Shown here: positions 51,901 through 64,000 of the stretch, in pieces
Layout: each line of letters starts with the position of its first letter
How positions within the stretch are numbered: position 1 is the first letter of the stretch
Origin: Antechinus flavipes
Taxonomy: Eukaryota
Assembly (NCBI RefSeq): GCF_016432865.1
Contig: NC_067403.1
Span: forward strand, 104,408,001-104,472,000
Reading direction: 5' to 3'
DNA length: 64,000 nucleotides
Program-made: the position numbers and the translations under genes
The notes under the pieces: model-generated
Seen by the model: the letters and a program-made list of their open reading frames with translations, nothing else
What the model was told of the DNA's origin: nothing
The model's database searches: none

Positions 51901-52559
51901 GAATTGAAGAAAAATAATTTTCATTTTTAAAAATCTTTTTATCATTGACATTTTTATATCTTACTGATCACTTCAATATTAAAAATAATTTTACCAATGT
52001 AAATAATAGAATGAATTACTTAAAAGTATAAGTCAATAATTATATAGCATTAAAATATAATTTTATTCAAAGGTTTAAAATTATATCAAAAATTCATTTT
52101 AGTTATATAAATCCCAATTCTAAAATGTTCAAACTACTTATGAAAATTTCTGAAATCATAGCTCAGTTCATTTTCCCTTACTTTTTCTTTCTTTCTTTCT
52201 TTCTTTTTTAAAGAACTGTTGAGTAGGCAGAAAGTAAAATTGCACATGAACTGAAATTATATCACATTTTTTTAGCCAAAGATGGCTAGATTTGAAAGAC
52301 TTGATCTTTTGAAGTAATTTTCTGTCTACAATGCTGTTGTTTTCATTGTGAATATTCTATACATCATTGAAATATTATACATTGACATTCTGGTGATTAT
52401 CATTAATAAATTTGTTATGTCAAATATCCCCATTCATTCTGTTGCTCAGCTATCTTAGCTGCCCATTAACAAGATAAGTTTTTGTCTAATATTCATCTCT
52501 TGATTGAGAAGTATGGTATGGAAAATACATTTTCATATTGTTAACATGGTAATTCATGT

Positions 52560-52645
52560 TGTTTTCCTCCTTTCCTTTCCTTTCCTTCTTTCCTTCCTTC
52601 CTTCCTTTTTCTACTACTTCTTTCCTCCATCCCTTCCTTCCTGAT
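52560..52645. repeat. Degenerate (TTCC)n repeat
   Basis: tttcc/ttcc units. Confidence 0.85.
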
Positions 52646-53948
52646 GAGTCAGGAAGTCAATGGCTATTGCCATTCAATTCATGCTAAGTACCATTTGAAA
52701 TAATGATGCCAGTCTCTTTTGTTGTTTGATATAATTTAATTAAAAACATATTGTTTAGGTGATATTCTTAGATACTTAGTTTTCTATTTGGGAAAATAAT
52801 GAATATAAAATTTAATAATAGATTACTTACTATGATTTGCCCCTTGGACTTTGATTTAAAAAAAGGCTTTTGTTGATTTGTCTTTGCCTTTCATCTTACT
52901 TACCTGCTTTCATTACAGTCTTTGATGGAGATTTTGAGATTGTAGTAATTTTGCTGGAAAGTAATGTACTACATTTCTTATGCTATTTTCCATAAGAATT
53001 TGATTAGATTATTAAATTTAACAATGAGCATGATAAATCAGCTCATAATTATTTGGAACAAAAATTTTATTAAATTGATCCATGTGAATAGGTCCCCAAA
53101 ATGACTATTTCTACCAGGAAAAAATACATTAATTCAAACTTCAAGGCACAACACTATATCTCTTAACAGTGTACAACATTAATGTCTTCTGCATATCAAT
53201 TTTGTTTCAGAATCTGTTTCAGTCTCAAACTATTGGAAGGCCATCATAACACTTGCAATTCTTAATCTATTATTATCAGATTGTATGGGAGACATAAAGA
53301 TTAGTCATTCCATTTATACCATTAAGTGTATTTTATTCAAGGATTATTTATTATCTTTGATCTAGAGCTGGAAGCATCATAAGAGGGCATCTAGTCTTAC
53401 CTGTTTATTTTGTGGAACTGAAGCCAATATCAGCTAAAATATCAGGTCAAAACTAAGATCTCAAAGATAGCAGAGTCAGAAGCTGGGTTTGAAACCATCT
53501 CCTCTGCCTATACAGTAAGTGCTGTTCTTCCAATTTATTGCAAAGCCACCCTGTGCTCAAATGCAAACATGAACTAAGAAACTAGACCCATGGATTTGCA
53601 CTTTTATTAAAATCCAGATATTTATATTTTAATCACATTTTGAAGAGGGAGAGTTAGTAGATGGACTCCTAAGAGTCCATTATATATTTATATTTATTAT
53701 ATATTTATCTATTGACAAATATTAGTGTTGTAACTAAAAAAAAATTCATTGTAGCATCATAAGAAAAAAAAAACAACAACTTGATTTTGACTAAGAAGAG
53801 CTGGGTTCTAGTCCTGTATATGTCACTTACCAACATTATATCCTTGAACAAACAAATAAAATGTATGGGTCTTAGATTCTTCAACTGTAAAATGGTGGAT
53901 TAACCTAGATCATCTCTAAGTAACTCCATCATTTCATTCCCTTAATGG

Positions 53949-53951
<3 letters not shown>

Positions 53952-54006
<55 letters not shown>

Positions 54007-54074
54007 TATACATACATATACATGCTTATGTCTATATAGTTACATATACATGCTTATGTCTATATAGTTACATA
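53952..54074. repeat. (TA)n microsatellite followed by a 28-bp tandem duplication
   Basis: TA run from 53952 to about 54010; tacatatacatgcttatgtctatatagt x2 at 54013-54068. Confidence 0.95.
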
Positions 54075-54619
54075 CACATATATATAGTCAAGGAAGAATG
54101 AGAGCTATAAACTGCAGAGTTTCTTTTTGATTTAAACATGCCTCTATACAGAGACAAAAATCTAAATGAAAATGAGAAAAGTAAATGTTTTAGTGACTAG
54201 CAAGTATTATACAATTGAGAGTTTTCATCCCCAAGCTATGTATTTTAACCTTAAACATCACAAATGTGACTACACTTCCAAAACAGAATTAGTTCCAGGC
54301 CAGATGTCATCTTAAAGAAATTTAAAACATGTCTTGGTAAGGCATCTTTGTTTTTATTCTCAGGGTAAATACAATCTGCAACTTCATGATTTATTCCAGA
54401 AACATCTGCATTCCTGCCAGCTGAGAGCAATATATTGCACACTTGACCAAACCTTCATCAGTGGCTGAATCTAAACCTAAACTGTGGCAGCATGGTATAT
54501 GCGCAATTAGTTTTTGATTCCATTATTCCTTGGAGTGCAAGGTTTGATTTTTTTTTTTCTCCTGGTAGTCTAATGGTCCCCTTGCTGGAAGTAATCTTAA
54601 GGTCTATGTAATATTAGCC

Positions 54620-54855
54620 CCTTGCCAGGGAGAGCATTAGACTGGGACCTAGAATATCTGAGTTCAATTGCAGTATCAGACAATTATTAGCTGTGTGGTC
54701 CTGGGCAAGTCCCTCAGAAGATGTTCCCTCAATTTCAAAATGAAGATGATAAAAGCACCTAGTTTACAGGGTTGTTTTAAGGATCAAATGAGATAACATA
54801 TGTAAAGTTTTGCAAATGTTAAAGCTCTATGTAAATGTTGTTTATTATTATTATT
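54620..54855 (+). mobile_element. MIR-type CORE-SINE, near full length
   Basis: gagagcattagactgg...ctgagttcaa...tagctgtgtggtcctgggcaagtc...ggatcaaatgagataacatatgtaaag. Confidence 0.85.
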
Positions 54856-56209
54856 TTATAAATGAGGAAAAAGGGAGCCATAGAGGCTAAACTAATTACA
54901 TAAGGAAATATTAAATCCAAATCTAATGATGTCAGTCCAACACTCTTTCTCTCTTTCATGAATTTGGATTACTATTCCATTAAGAGAGTTTATTGCAGAT
55001 AGTTCTAATCTCAGGAGGAAACCTAAAGATTTTCAGTAACTTTTTGGATAGGGGTATACTTGATTGGGAGCTTGAGAAGAAAGAGAAATTATTAAAATAG
55101 TATTTAGGGAATAAGTGGTGGTAATCATTGTATTGATAAGATGGAAATTAGAATTAGAGGACCAACTCACTTTTGTGTCCTAACTGAGGAGGGCATGGCC
55201 AAGACTTTTATTTTATGTAGTAATTATTATTGTATTATATTATCCTATTATTGATTGCATTATTGTATTATCAATCCTAGAATTTCATACTTGAGCATTC
55301 AATGATTGTGTTGTGGCTGAGGCACATTGTGTCAAATCCACTTGGGAAATTTATTTCAAAATAAGGGTAAAAGAACCTTTACTTCTTTCTACTAATTCAT
55401 TCATTAAACCTCAGGCAAGCCCTTTGGTCATTGTGTTCCTTATTCCTGCAGTATTAAAATACAGAATTTATATGTGGAAAATAGGTTATAAAACAAAGTA
55501 CAATAATTTTGTTTTCCTAGTTGGTTTGCTTGTCAGAAGAATGAAAAAAATGACTAATTCAGTGTAAATGCTTAGTGAATCACTCATTCTAGTTTATGAA
55601 ACTATTGAAATTCTAACTATGTATAAAGCACTGTGGTAGACATTGAGAAAGTTTTAAAGACTAAAGACATTGTCTCTGCTCTGATTTGTTGAGTTCAATA
55701 TTTCATACTTTGAATTTTCTATGGATACAAAATCTCATCAATTCCTATCATCTCCTTTAGTGTAAAGCATGTCACCTTTCTGTGGATTCCCCTTCTTTGT
55801 AATTTTTGCTCATATTCATACATTTCCACAAATCGACTATAAGAGAATTTATCCAACATGAAAGATCTTTCATCATTTATTTTTAAATTGTGGATAACAG
55901 TGCAGTCTCTTTTGTCCCTTATTCTTTTCTCCCATTTCCTTCCTTCTTTCCTTCTTTTCTTTTTTTTTTTCTTCTCTCTTTCCTTCCTTCCTTATTTTCT
56001 AGTCCTTGCTGATGTATTTGGCAGTAACTATACCAAGTTTTCATTGACAATATGTATATAAGGTACATTTTCTGCATTTCTATTACTATTTGATTAAACT
56101 GTACAATTTAGATTCCACAGAGATTGTGGTTGTGCACAGTTTTGAGTCCTATACTATACTAGGGTATACTATACCCTAGAATATTTTGTTTTTAAAAATT
56201 GTGCTTTTT

Positions 56210-58530
56210 CATATGTAATGAGGACAAACTAGAACCATTTCCAATCAGATCAGGGTAAAACAAGATTGCCCACTATCACCATTACTATTCAATAGTGTAT
56301 TACAAATGTTAACTTTGGCAATAAGAAAAGAAAAAGAGATTAAAGGAATTAGAGTAAGTAATGAGGAAACCAAATTATCACTCTTTGCAGATAATATGAT
56401 CGTATACTTAGAGAACCCTAAAGAATTAACTACAAAACTACTAGAAACAATTCACAACGTTAGCAAAGTTGCAGGAAACAAAGTAAATCCACATAAATCA
56501 TCAGCATTTTTATATATTATCAATAAAGTCCAGCAGCAAGAGATACAAAGAGAAATTCCATTCAAAAAAATGTTGATAATATAAAATATTTGGAAGTCTA
56601 ACTGCCAAGGCAAAGTCAGGAACTATATGAACACAACTACAGAAGAGTTTCCACACAAATAAAGTCAGATCTAATCAATTGGAAAAATACCAAGTGCTCA
56701 TGGGTAGGGTGAGTAAATATAATAAAAATGACAATACTACCTATATTAATCTACTTATTCATTGCCATATCAATGAAACTCCCAAGAAATTATTTGACAG
56801 ATCTAGAAAAAATTATAACAAAGTTCATCTGGAAGAAGAAAAGATCCAGAATTTCAAGGGAATTAAAAAATGCAAATGAAGCTAGCCCAGCTGTCCCAGG
56901 CCTAAAACTATATTACAAAGCATGTCATCAACACCATTTGGTATTGGATAAGAAATAGAGTTGATGATCAGTGGAATAAGTAAGTTAGGTTCACAGGACA
57001 AAATAGTCAATGACTATAGTAATCTAGTATTTGACAAACTCAAAGACCCTAGTTTTGGGGATAAAAATTCATTATTTGACAAAAACTGCTGGGAAAATTG
57101 GAAACTAGTATGGCAGAAACGAGGCATTGATCCACACTGAACAGCATATACCAAGACAAGATCGAAATGGGTTCATGATTTTGACATAAAGAGTGATATT
57201 TTAAGCAAATTAGAAGAACTAAAGATAGTTTACTTTACAGTTATGTGGAGAAAGAAGGATTTTGTGGCCAAAGAAGAACTGGAATTAATTATTGAACAAA
57301 AAATAGATAATTTTTATTATATTAAGTTAAAACATTTTTATACAAACAAAACAAATACAGACAAGATTACAAGAGAAGCGATAAACTGGAAAAACAGTTT
57401 TATATTTAAGGGTTCTTATAAAGATCTCATTTCTAACATATATAGAGAATTGATTCAAATTTATAAGAATTCAAGCCATTCTCCAATTGATAAATGGTCA
57501 AAGAATATGAAGACAATTTTCACATGAAGAATTTAAACCATTTCTAGTCATATGAAAAGGTGCCCTAAATTACTATTGATGAGAGAAATGCAAATTAAGA
57601 CAACTCTGAGATACCACTACACACCTGTCAGATTGGCTAATTTGACAGAAATAAATAATGATGAATGTTGGAAGGGATGTGGGAAAACTTGGACACTAAT
57701 ACATTGTTGGTGGAATTGTGAATGGATCCAACCATTCTGGAGAGCAATTTAGAACTATGCCTAAAGGGATATCACACTATGCATACCCTTTGATCCAGCA
57801 GTGTCTTTACTGAGCTTGTATCCCAAAGAGATCATTAAAAAGAGAAAGGGACCCACATATACAAAAATGTTTGTAGCAGCTCTTTTAGTAGTGTCAAAAA
57901 ACTGGAAAATGAATGGATGCCCATCAGTTGGAGAATGGCTGAATAAGTTGTGGTATATGAATGTTATGGAATATTATTGTTCTATAAGAAACAATCAGGA
58001 GGATGATTTCAGACAGGCTTGGAGAGACCTACCTGAACTGATGCTGAATGAAATGAACAGAACCAGGAGATCATTGTACACAGCAAGAACAAAACTATAT
58101 GATGATCAATTCTGATGTATTTGGCTCTTTTCAACAATGAGATGATCCAGGCCAGTTCCAATCATCCTGTGATGAAGAGAGCCAACTACACCCAGAGAGA
58201 AGATTGTGGGAACTAAATGGGGATCATAACATAGAATTTTCACTCTTTTTTTGTTTGCTTGCATCTTATTTTCTTTCTCATGTTTTTTCTTTTTCTTTTT
58301 GATTTGATTATTGCAGCAAGATAATTGTAAAAATATATATGCATATATTAGATTAAACATATGTTTTTACCATGTTTACCATATATTGGATTATTTACCA
58401 CCTAGGGGAGAGCATGGGGAGAGAGGTAGAAATTGGAACACAAGATTTTGCAAGGGTTAATGTTGAAAGATTATCCATGCATATGTTTTTAAAATTAAAA
58501 ACTTTAATAAAAATAGCATTTTAAAAAATT
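56210..58530 (+). mobile_element. L1, 5'-truncated (~2.3 kb), decayed RT to 3' UTR
   Basis: ORF fragments include [50 protein letters not shown] and GCPSVGEWLNKLWY. Possible eroded TSD aaaattgtgctttt (56195-56208) / aaaatttgctttt (58531-58543). Confidence 0.92.
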
Positions 58531-59295
58531 AAAATTTGCTTTTGTGACTGTGGATACTTTGGGATTAGTGAAAGCCTTATGTTTTTCAGATATGACATAA
58601 CTTATGAATCTCCTCCTCTTAAACTCTAGGCCCAATTTCTTGTCCATGTGCTGTACCTGCCCTAGATTTTATATACTGATTGAGTTGATGGACTACCTAT
58701 GCTACTGCATGATACTAATTGAATAATATGTTCAGGAAGCAAAGCTCAGCTTTTTTATAAAATGGAGTGACATGATCATATATATTAATTAGAAAAAAAT
58801 CTGGATATTTGGTGTAGATTGAAAGAAAGGGACCCTAGAGGCAGAAAAACAAATTCATAAGCTCTTGCAATCCCTCCTTCTATTTTCTATAGCTTTCCAA
58901 GTTCAACAAGACACATCAATTCTATTTTTCAAATATCTCTTGTATTTATGTCTTCTGCTTTCTGTTTTCACTGCCAATGATCTAGTCTAGGTAAGATCCT
59001 CAATACATCTAGGAGTTATTTATATTTATAAATTTATAAAGAGTTATTTCAGTATGATAGCTGTCTGCTTTGATAGTAACTCTGACCCATAGCTCTAAAA
59101 AGCCTTTTCAGTCAGAAATATCTGGGCTTACCTTTCCTACTGGTCATTCTGAGTTTCATATAACACTCTAAGTAACTCTGGTCCCACTGTATATGAGTAG
59201 ATTCCTTGAAAGATGGAATTTCTTGTATTAATGGTCATGGAATGGTCACATTATTATTATTATGATTATTATTAACACAGAGACTAGAAAATAAG

Positions 59296-59385
59296 TAAGG
59301 AAGGAAAGAAAAAAGGAAGGAAGGAGGAAAGGAAGGAAAGAAAGAAGGAAATAAAAAGGGAAAAAGAACAAAGGACAAAAGGCAT
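59296..59385. repeat. Degenerate (GGAA)n polypurine repeat
   Basis: aagg/gaaa units. Confidence 0.85.
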
Positions 59386-62094
59386 TGCACTAACATACAC
59401 AAACAATTTAAACAATTTAATTTTAAGAGCTCTCATTCCTCCCCAAGTAATTTGAAAGAAGATGAAAAAGTGTTCCATAGTACAAGTGACATGCCTCAGG
59501 TCACACAACTTAGGTATTGCAGTATCTCTCTGGGATCCTTCTACTGAATCTTACTTGCACTGGCAGAGTGGGTTCCCACAGGAGGATTTTCTGCTGCTTG
59601 GGATTCTAAAGGTAACACTTTTGGGAATCTGATCAAGTATCCATTAGTATTGCAATCAAGACTCATGTCTTTTGATTCCATGTCCAGTGCTCCCTCTGGA
59701 GTATTAATACCCAGGTTTCTTGTTCTTCCCCTCACCTACTATTATCTTCTTGCTCCCTTTCCACTGCCAGATAATCTTGTGATTTTCTTTATATTTAGTC
59801 TCACAGATCAAATAAATTGAACATAAATATTGTATCTTCATCTGTGAGAGATAGTATCTTGCTCTAATATTGTAATTTCTGGTAAGAGGAAAATTAAATA
59901 CATTCTCTTTACAATGTATGGCACTCTGGAACTTCATATAAAGGTAACTAAAATAGAGATTAATATTCATATGCATATACATGGCCATTGTCAATTGGGG
60001 ATTGGAATAAATATCCTAAGATACTTTCTTGCCCTAAAAAAAAAAAAAGACAAGCAATGTCAAAATCTCTCGTTTCATAGCTCTAGAAATAGAAGAGTCC
60101 TCAGAGGTCATTTAGTTCAATCTTCTAATTATACAGATGAGGGAGCCCTGCAGAAATTACATGATTTGCTCAAGGTTTCATAGAGATCCTCTTTGAAAAC
60201 AGATCCTCTAGGTTTTGACTCAATGTCTTTCCAGTATACCATACTCCCTTCCCATAGAATTAAATAATATAAAAGTCATCCTTTGGGAACTATCCCCTGG
60301 GATTCTTACTCACTTTATTTTTTTCCTTATACCATCTGTAAATCGGGGAAAACCAAGTGGAACTCAAGCATCCCAGACAGGAGGGGAAGCTGCAGTTTTT
60401 TGTAGGACTCATAACATATGCCAGTGTCAGATGTAACTTGTATCACTATTTCCACACTGTTCCACTTTATCATGTTGAAGTGTATAACAGATGGGAAGAT
60501 TATATAACTGATTCATTGTTTAGCATTATCGTGATTAGTTAATGTTGGAAACCTTCCGGAATTGTGGTTGCTGTATGTATGAGCTCTTGGATAGACTTGA
60601 ATTTAACTGGGCTGATCTTAACAATTGTTTATTAGAAATCGTAGCATAGAAAACTATCTTCTATTTTTTTTTCTGTAATCTGCATTGTATATATTTATAG
60701 TGGAAATATTTTTGGCCATGCCTTGGGAGATAATAAATTGAGGGAGAGTGTATGTTTTGTATTTTTAATTCCTCATAAGCAGAAGTATAAAATATTGATA
60801 ATTCTATCAAAGAGATTTTGGATTTTTTTTAATGACTAGGGATATTGATGTGCTTGCTGAGGAGGATAGAGGACAAACTAAATTAGTGATAATGTGATAA
60901 GCTGAAGTAAGGCCATGTCAATCAAGTTTCGTAAAGGAAAAAAGATGCAGAAATCTTCTAAAGCCCCAAAATGAAACAGTGGGGGCAAATCTATCATTTT
61001 CCCCCAGTGCCTAGCACATAGTAGGTGCTAAATTGATGCTTTTTGAATTAAATTGAATTGGCAAAACAATCGGACACACTCAGACGACTTTGATGGGAAT
61101 CTAGATTAGGGCTGCTCAGTTTAATAAAAAATGGCAAGCAGCCCGTGAACTGTAAATAAGAACTGGCCCTGCAAACATCTGGCATGGATGCCAGCCAGAT
61201 GTGTGCTCAGCATGCAAAGGACTTCATTGGTTAAGTTAAAGATAGATCTTTCTCACATCATTCTACACAGAGATAGCAGGATGTTTAGACATGCTATATT
61301 TAGATATAAGGTCCAATAAGATACTGTTTGAGGTGAAAAGCCAAGAACTCACCAATTGACATCCTAGATGAGTTATCAGGTATTTACAAAATATGCTAGT
61401 TAGAGATCACTGTGCAGGATGTTTCTAAAGTATGAATCAATCTTCCATCGCAAAAATGACCATTCATATTAATATCTATAACGATCAGAATTATGGAAGA
61501 CATCATCATATTTTCATTCTCACATCTTCATCACCTTCTTCTCTTCTCACCCCTCCAGCACCTGAACTTCTGGGGTATGTACTTTCCCATCTCTCTCCCT
61601 GTCATTTGAAAAAATTTTCTTTTCCCAAAAGTTATCATCAGGTTGCATTGGAATTTTATAACTACAATGAAGTGTGATAGAGGAGCATAATTAGGATTAT
61701 TCTACAAATGCTAACTCAATTGTCCTGTCTGATTTTTAAAAATTACTAGCTGATTAGTAGATACAGTTGTATAAACAAAACTGATTGACCCCTTTCTCCT
61801 ATTTCACTAAGTAGCAATGGATAATGAATGAGACCAGATAATTCGCTTCTGGATGTGAACAAAATAATGCTTAACAATTGTTCTCAAGTTAATTCAGCAA
61901 ACAACTTTGAAGTTGGAAGCTCACCAATAAAAACACTGCAAATTAGACTCTGCAATCCAGATAAACAATAAAAATTAAAGCTAGCTATTTCACTATAGTG
62001 AAATCCACCTTTTTTATCTTTGCGTGTCTATCACTTTATAAAAGGTAGTATTCATTTTCTTTGGGGCAGATCTGTCGATAGACAGGAAAACACA

Positions 62095-62215
62095 TCTTGC
62101 TGTGTGACCCTGGGAAAATCACTAATCTATGTTTGCTTCAGTTCTTAAGCTATAAAATGACCTGAAGAAGGAAATAGCAAACCACTGTACTATCCTTGCA
62201 AAAATGAAAAATAAA
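62095..62215 (+). mobile_element. Mar1-like SINE fragment
   Basis: tgtgtgaccctgggaaaatcact...ctataaaatgacctgaagaaggaaatagcaaaccact. Confidence 0.75.
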
Positions 62216-62231
62216 CAAAATCACCACCAAC

Positions 62232-62447
62232 AGGTAGAATACTGATTCTCCAGTCAGGAAGTCAGCTTAAATCTACCCTTAGACATTTGTTAGCTGTGTG
62301 ACCAGGGCAAATGAATTAACCCTCTCTACCTAAGTTGCTCATCTGTAAAATTAGCTAGAGAAGGAAATGGCAAACCATTCCCAGTACCTCTGCCAGGAAA
62401 ACCTCAAACTGGGTCATGAAGAGTTGGATACAACTGAACAAAAACAA
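62232..62447 (+). mobile_element. Mar1-like SINE
   Basis: tagctgtgtgaccagggcaa...ctcatctgtaaaattagctagagaaggaaatggcaaaccattcccagta...gggtcatgaagagttggatacaactgaac. Confidence 0.85.
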
Positions 62448-63409
62448 AATTCATTTTCTTATTCTAGCCTTTAAATTACTTAATGCATACAAAGATGATA
62501 TATACCATATAACTTTTTAAATAGGTTGAAATGAACTGGTCAGGAGGAGGTAGATTTATCTTTGTTTTATTTTAAGTTAGAAAAGAATCCTCAAGCTTTT
62601 GCAGCTTTGTTTTGGGACAATTTCACGTTATAGATTTAGAACTGATAGAGATCATCTAGGCAAAACTCATAATTAATGAAACTCAAGCCCAGAAAATTAA
62701 AAGGCAGAGAGTATAACAAAATAGGAACATCTGCTGTATTTAGCTAAAGAGAACTTATGTTTGCTTCTTACTCTTTGAGAAGCCTTCACCAGTACCCTAA
62801 GTGCTCTCTCCTCCACTAATCCTTCTGAGTTCCTTCATGTGATGTTTTCTCAAATAACATGTCCTTAAGTTCCCTTCACCATTTTACTTACCTTCCGGCT
62901 ATGTTTTTAAATTGTATATTTCAAGAAAATACATTTGTGCAAAAGGGTGCATTCTGATGACCTTGGTTTTGCATTCATTTCACAGATATTTATCACCTAT
63001 AGATCCTTAGATTTTATAAACCCTAGAATCATTTTATGTTACAATAGTTATCTTCTGTTTACCAAGTCCTTATCATCTAGGTATTAAGTACAAAGAATCA
63101 TACTGAAGAAGGATCCTGAATTTTTACTAGAGGAAGACTTTAGGTATCTAAGCTGCTCCTCATGGTTTTTTCTGTTATGTCATAATTTCTTCATAGAAGT
63201 GAAAAGAGCTAAATAAAGCTTATTGTATGAGCAGAAATGAAATAATCACGGGAAAGATTTGTTCATATAGCTTTTTCTTCCTTGTTATAAAAAATTATCT
63301 ACTATCTTAAAGCATTCATGAAGTACTTACTATGGGCCAAACACTAGGCAACAAAATCCATAAGGAGATCATATTTTAATGAAAGAGATAACATGGTCAC
63401 ATATAAGTT

Positions 63410-63543
63410 CCTATAGAATACATTCAAATGAATACAAGGTAGATTCCAGAGGAGTGCTCTTGAATTATACTATATTCTATATAATTATATATAGTACCTA
63501 TAGAATACATTCAAGTGAATACAAGGTAGATTCAAGAGGAGTG
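63410..63543. repeat. 47-bp direct repeat pair separated by a 40-bp AT-rich spacer
   Basis: 63410-63456 and 63497-63543 are identical except for 2 mismatches. Confidence 0.93.
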
Positions 63544-64000
63544 TAGAATGAGATGTGTGTGGGGGAACCGTTTTGTATTACACATTTTGTTGACATTGGT
63601 ATGTTCTACACTTTTATTTCTAAAATATCAACAAGTTTTCTAACTTTGAATACATGAAATGATTTAAAAACTTAATTTCCCCAAATTAAATTTTTTTGTC
63701 TTCGTTATTTCATTGTGAAAAAACTATTGTTTATAAATAGTTTATTTAATTCTTAAATATGATTTCCTATAATATTAGGAGGGGGAATTCCCATAATCCC
63801 TTACTTCAGAGGTTTTTCATGAGTTGCCATATATTATTTTCCTTAGGTCTGTTTACTGATTTATATAAAAGTTGCCTATTCATGCTGTATTTAAGATCCT
63901 CAGTCCTCAGGCAAATGCTTAAAACTGTCTTTAAATATTATTTCCCAGGCATTTTGGCTTTTATGTGATGTCATTCTTTGTCTGCCTGAAAACATGATTA

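Noticed and set aside
61987-62004. Perfect 18-bp palindrome atttcactatagtgaaat
   Set aside because: About one is expected by chance in 64 kb of AT-rich DNA, and it carries no recognisable motif.
63410-63543. CRISPR-like repeat-spacer-repeat
   Set aside because: Only two copies, a low-complexity spacer, located in an L2 remnant of a eukaryotic genome, with no cas genes.
1-64000. A prokaryotic-type novel system (defence island, CRISPR, operon, phage)
   Set aside because: There are no long non-repeat ORFs, no gene-dense organisation and no repeat-spacer arrays. The content is typical mammalian (marsupial) repeat-rich non-coding DNA.

Overview
This is AT-rich, CpG-depleted eukaryotic non-coding DNA, most likely from a marsupial. 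The young L1 3' ends, WSINE1-like, Mar1-like and RTE elements point to a dasyurid such as the Tasmanian devil; this is recognised from memory, not from a database search. It reads as a large intron or intergenic region dominated by retrotransposon remnants (L1, L2, MIR/CORE-SINEs, RTE, one solo LTR), a few hAT-type DNA transposon remnants, microsatellites and one 132-N assembly gap. I could not identify any host protein-coding gene, tRNA, rRNA, CRISPR array or prokaryotic system. The ORF track consists of L1 ORF2 fragments, simple-repeat artefacts or chance ORFs. The most interesting observation is two old minus-strand L1 elements (6851-10642 and 15291-16580). In each, the start of ORF2 is joined directly to its C-terminal end at a different breakpoint, so the reverse transcriptase and most or all of the endonuclease are lost. 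They may represent non-autonomous HAL1-like families. Several splice-signal-flanked candidate exons and enhancer-like motif clusters are listed at low confidence. Except where a target-site duplication (TSD) or terminal motif fixes them, element boundaries are approximate (tens of bp), and family names are resemblance-based.
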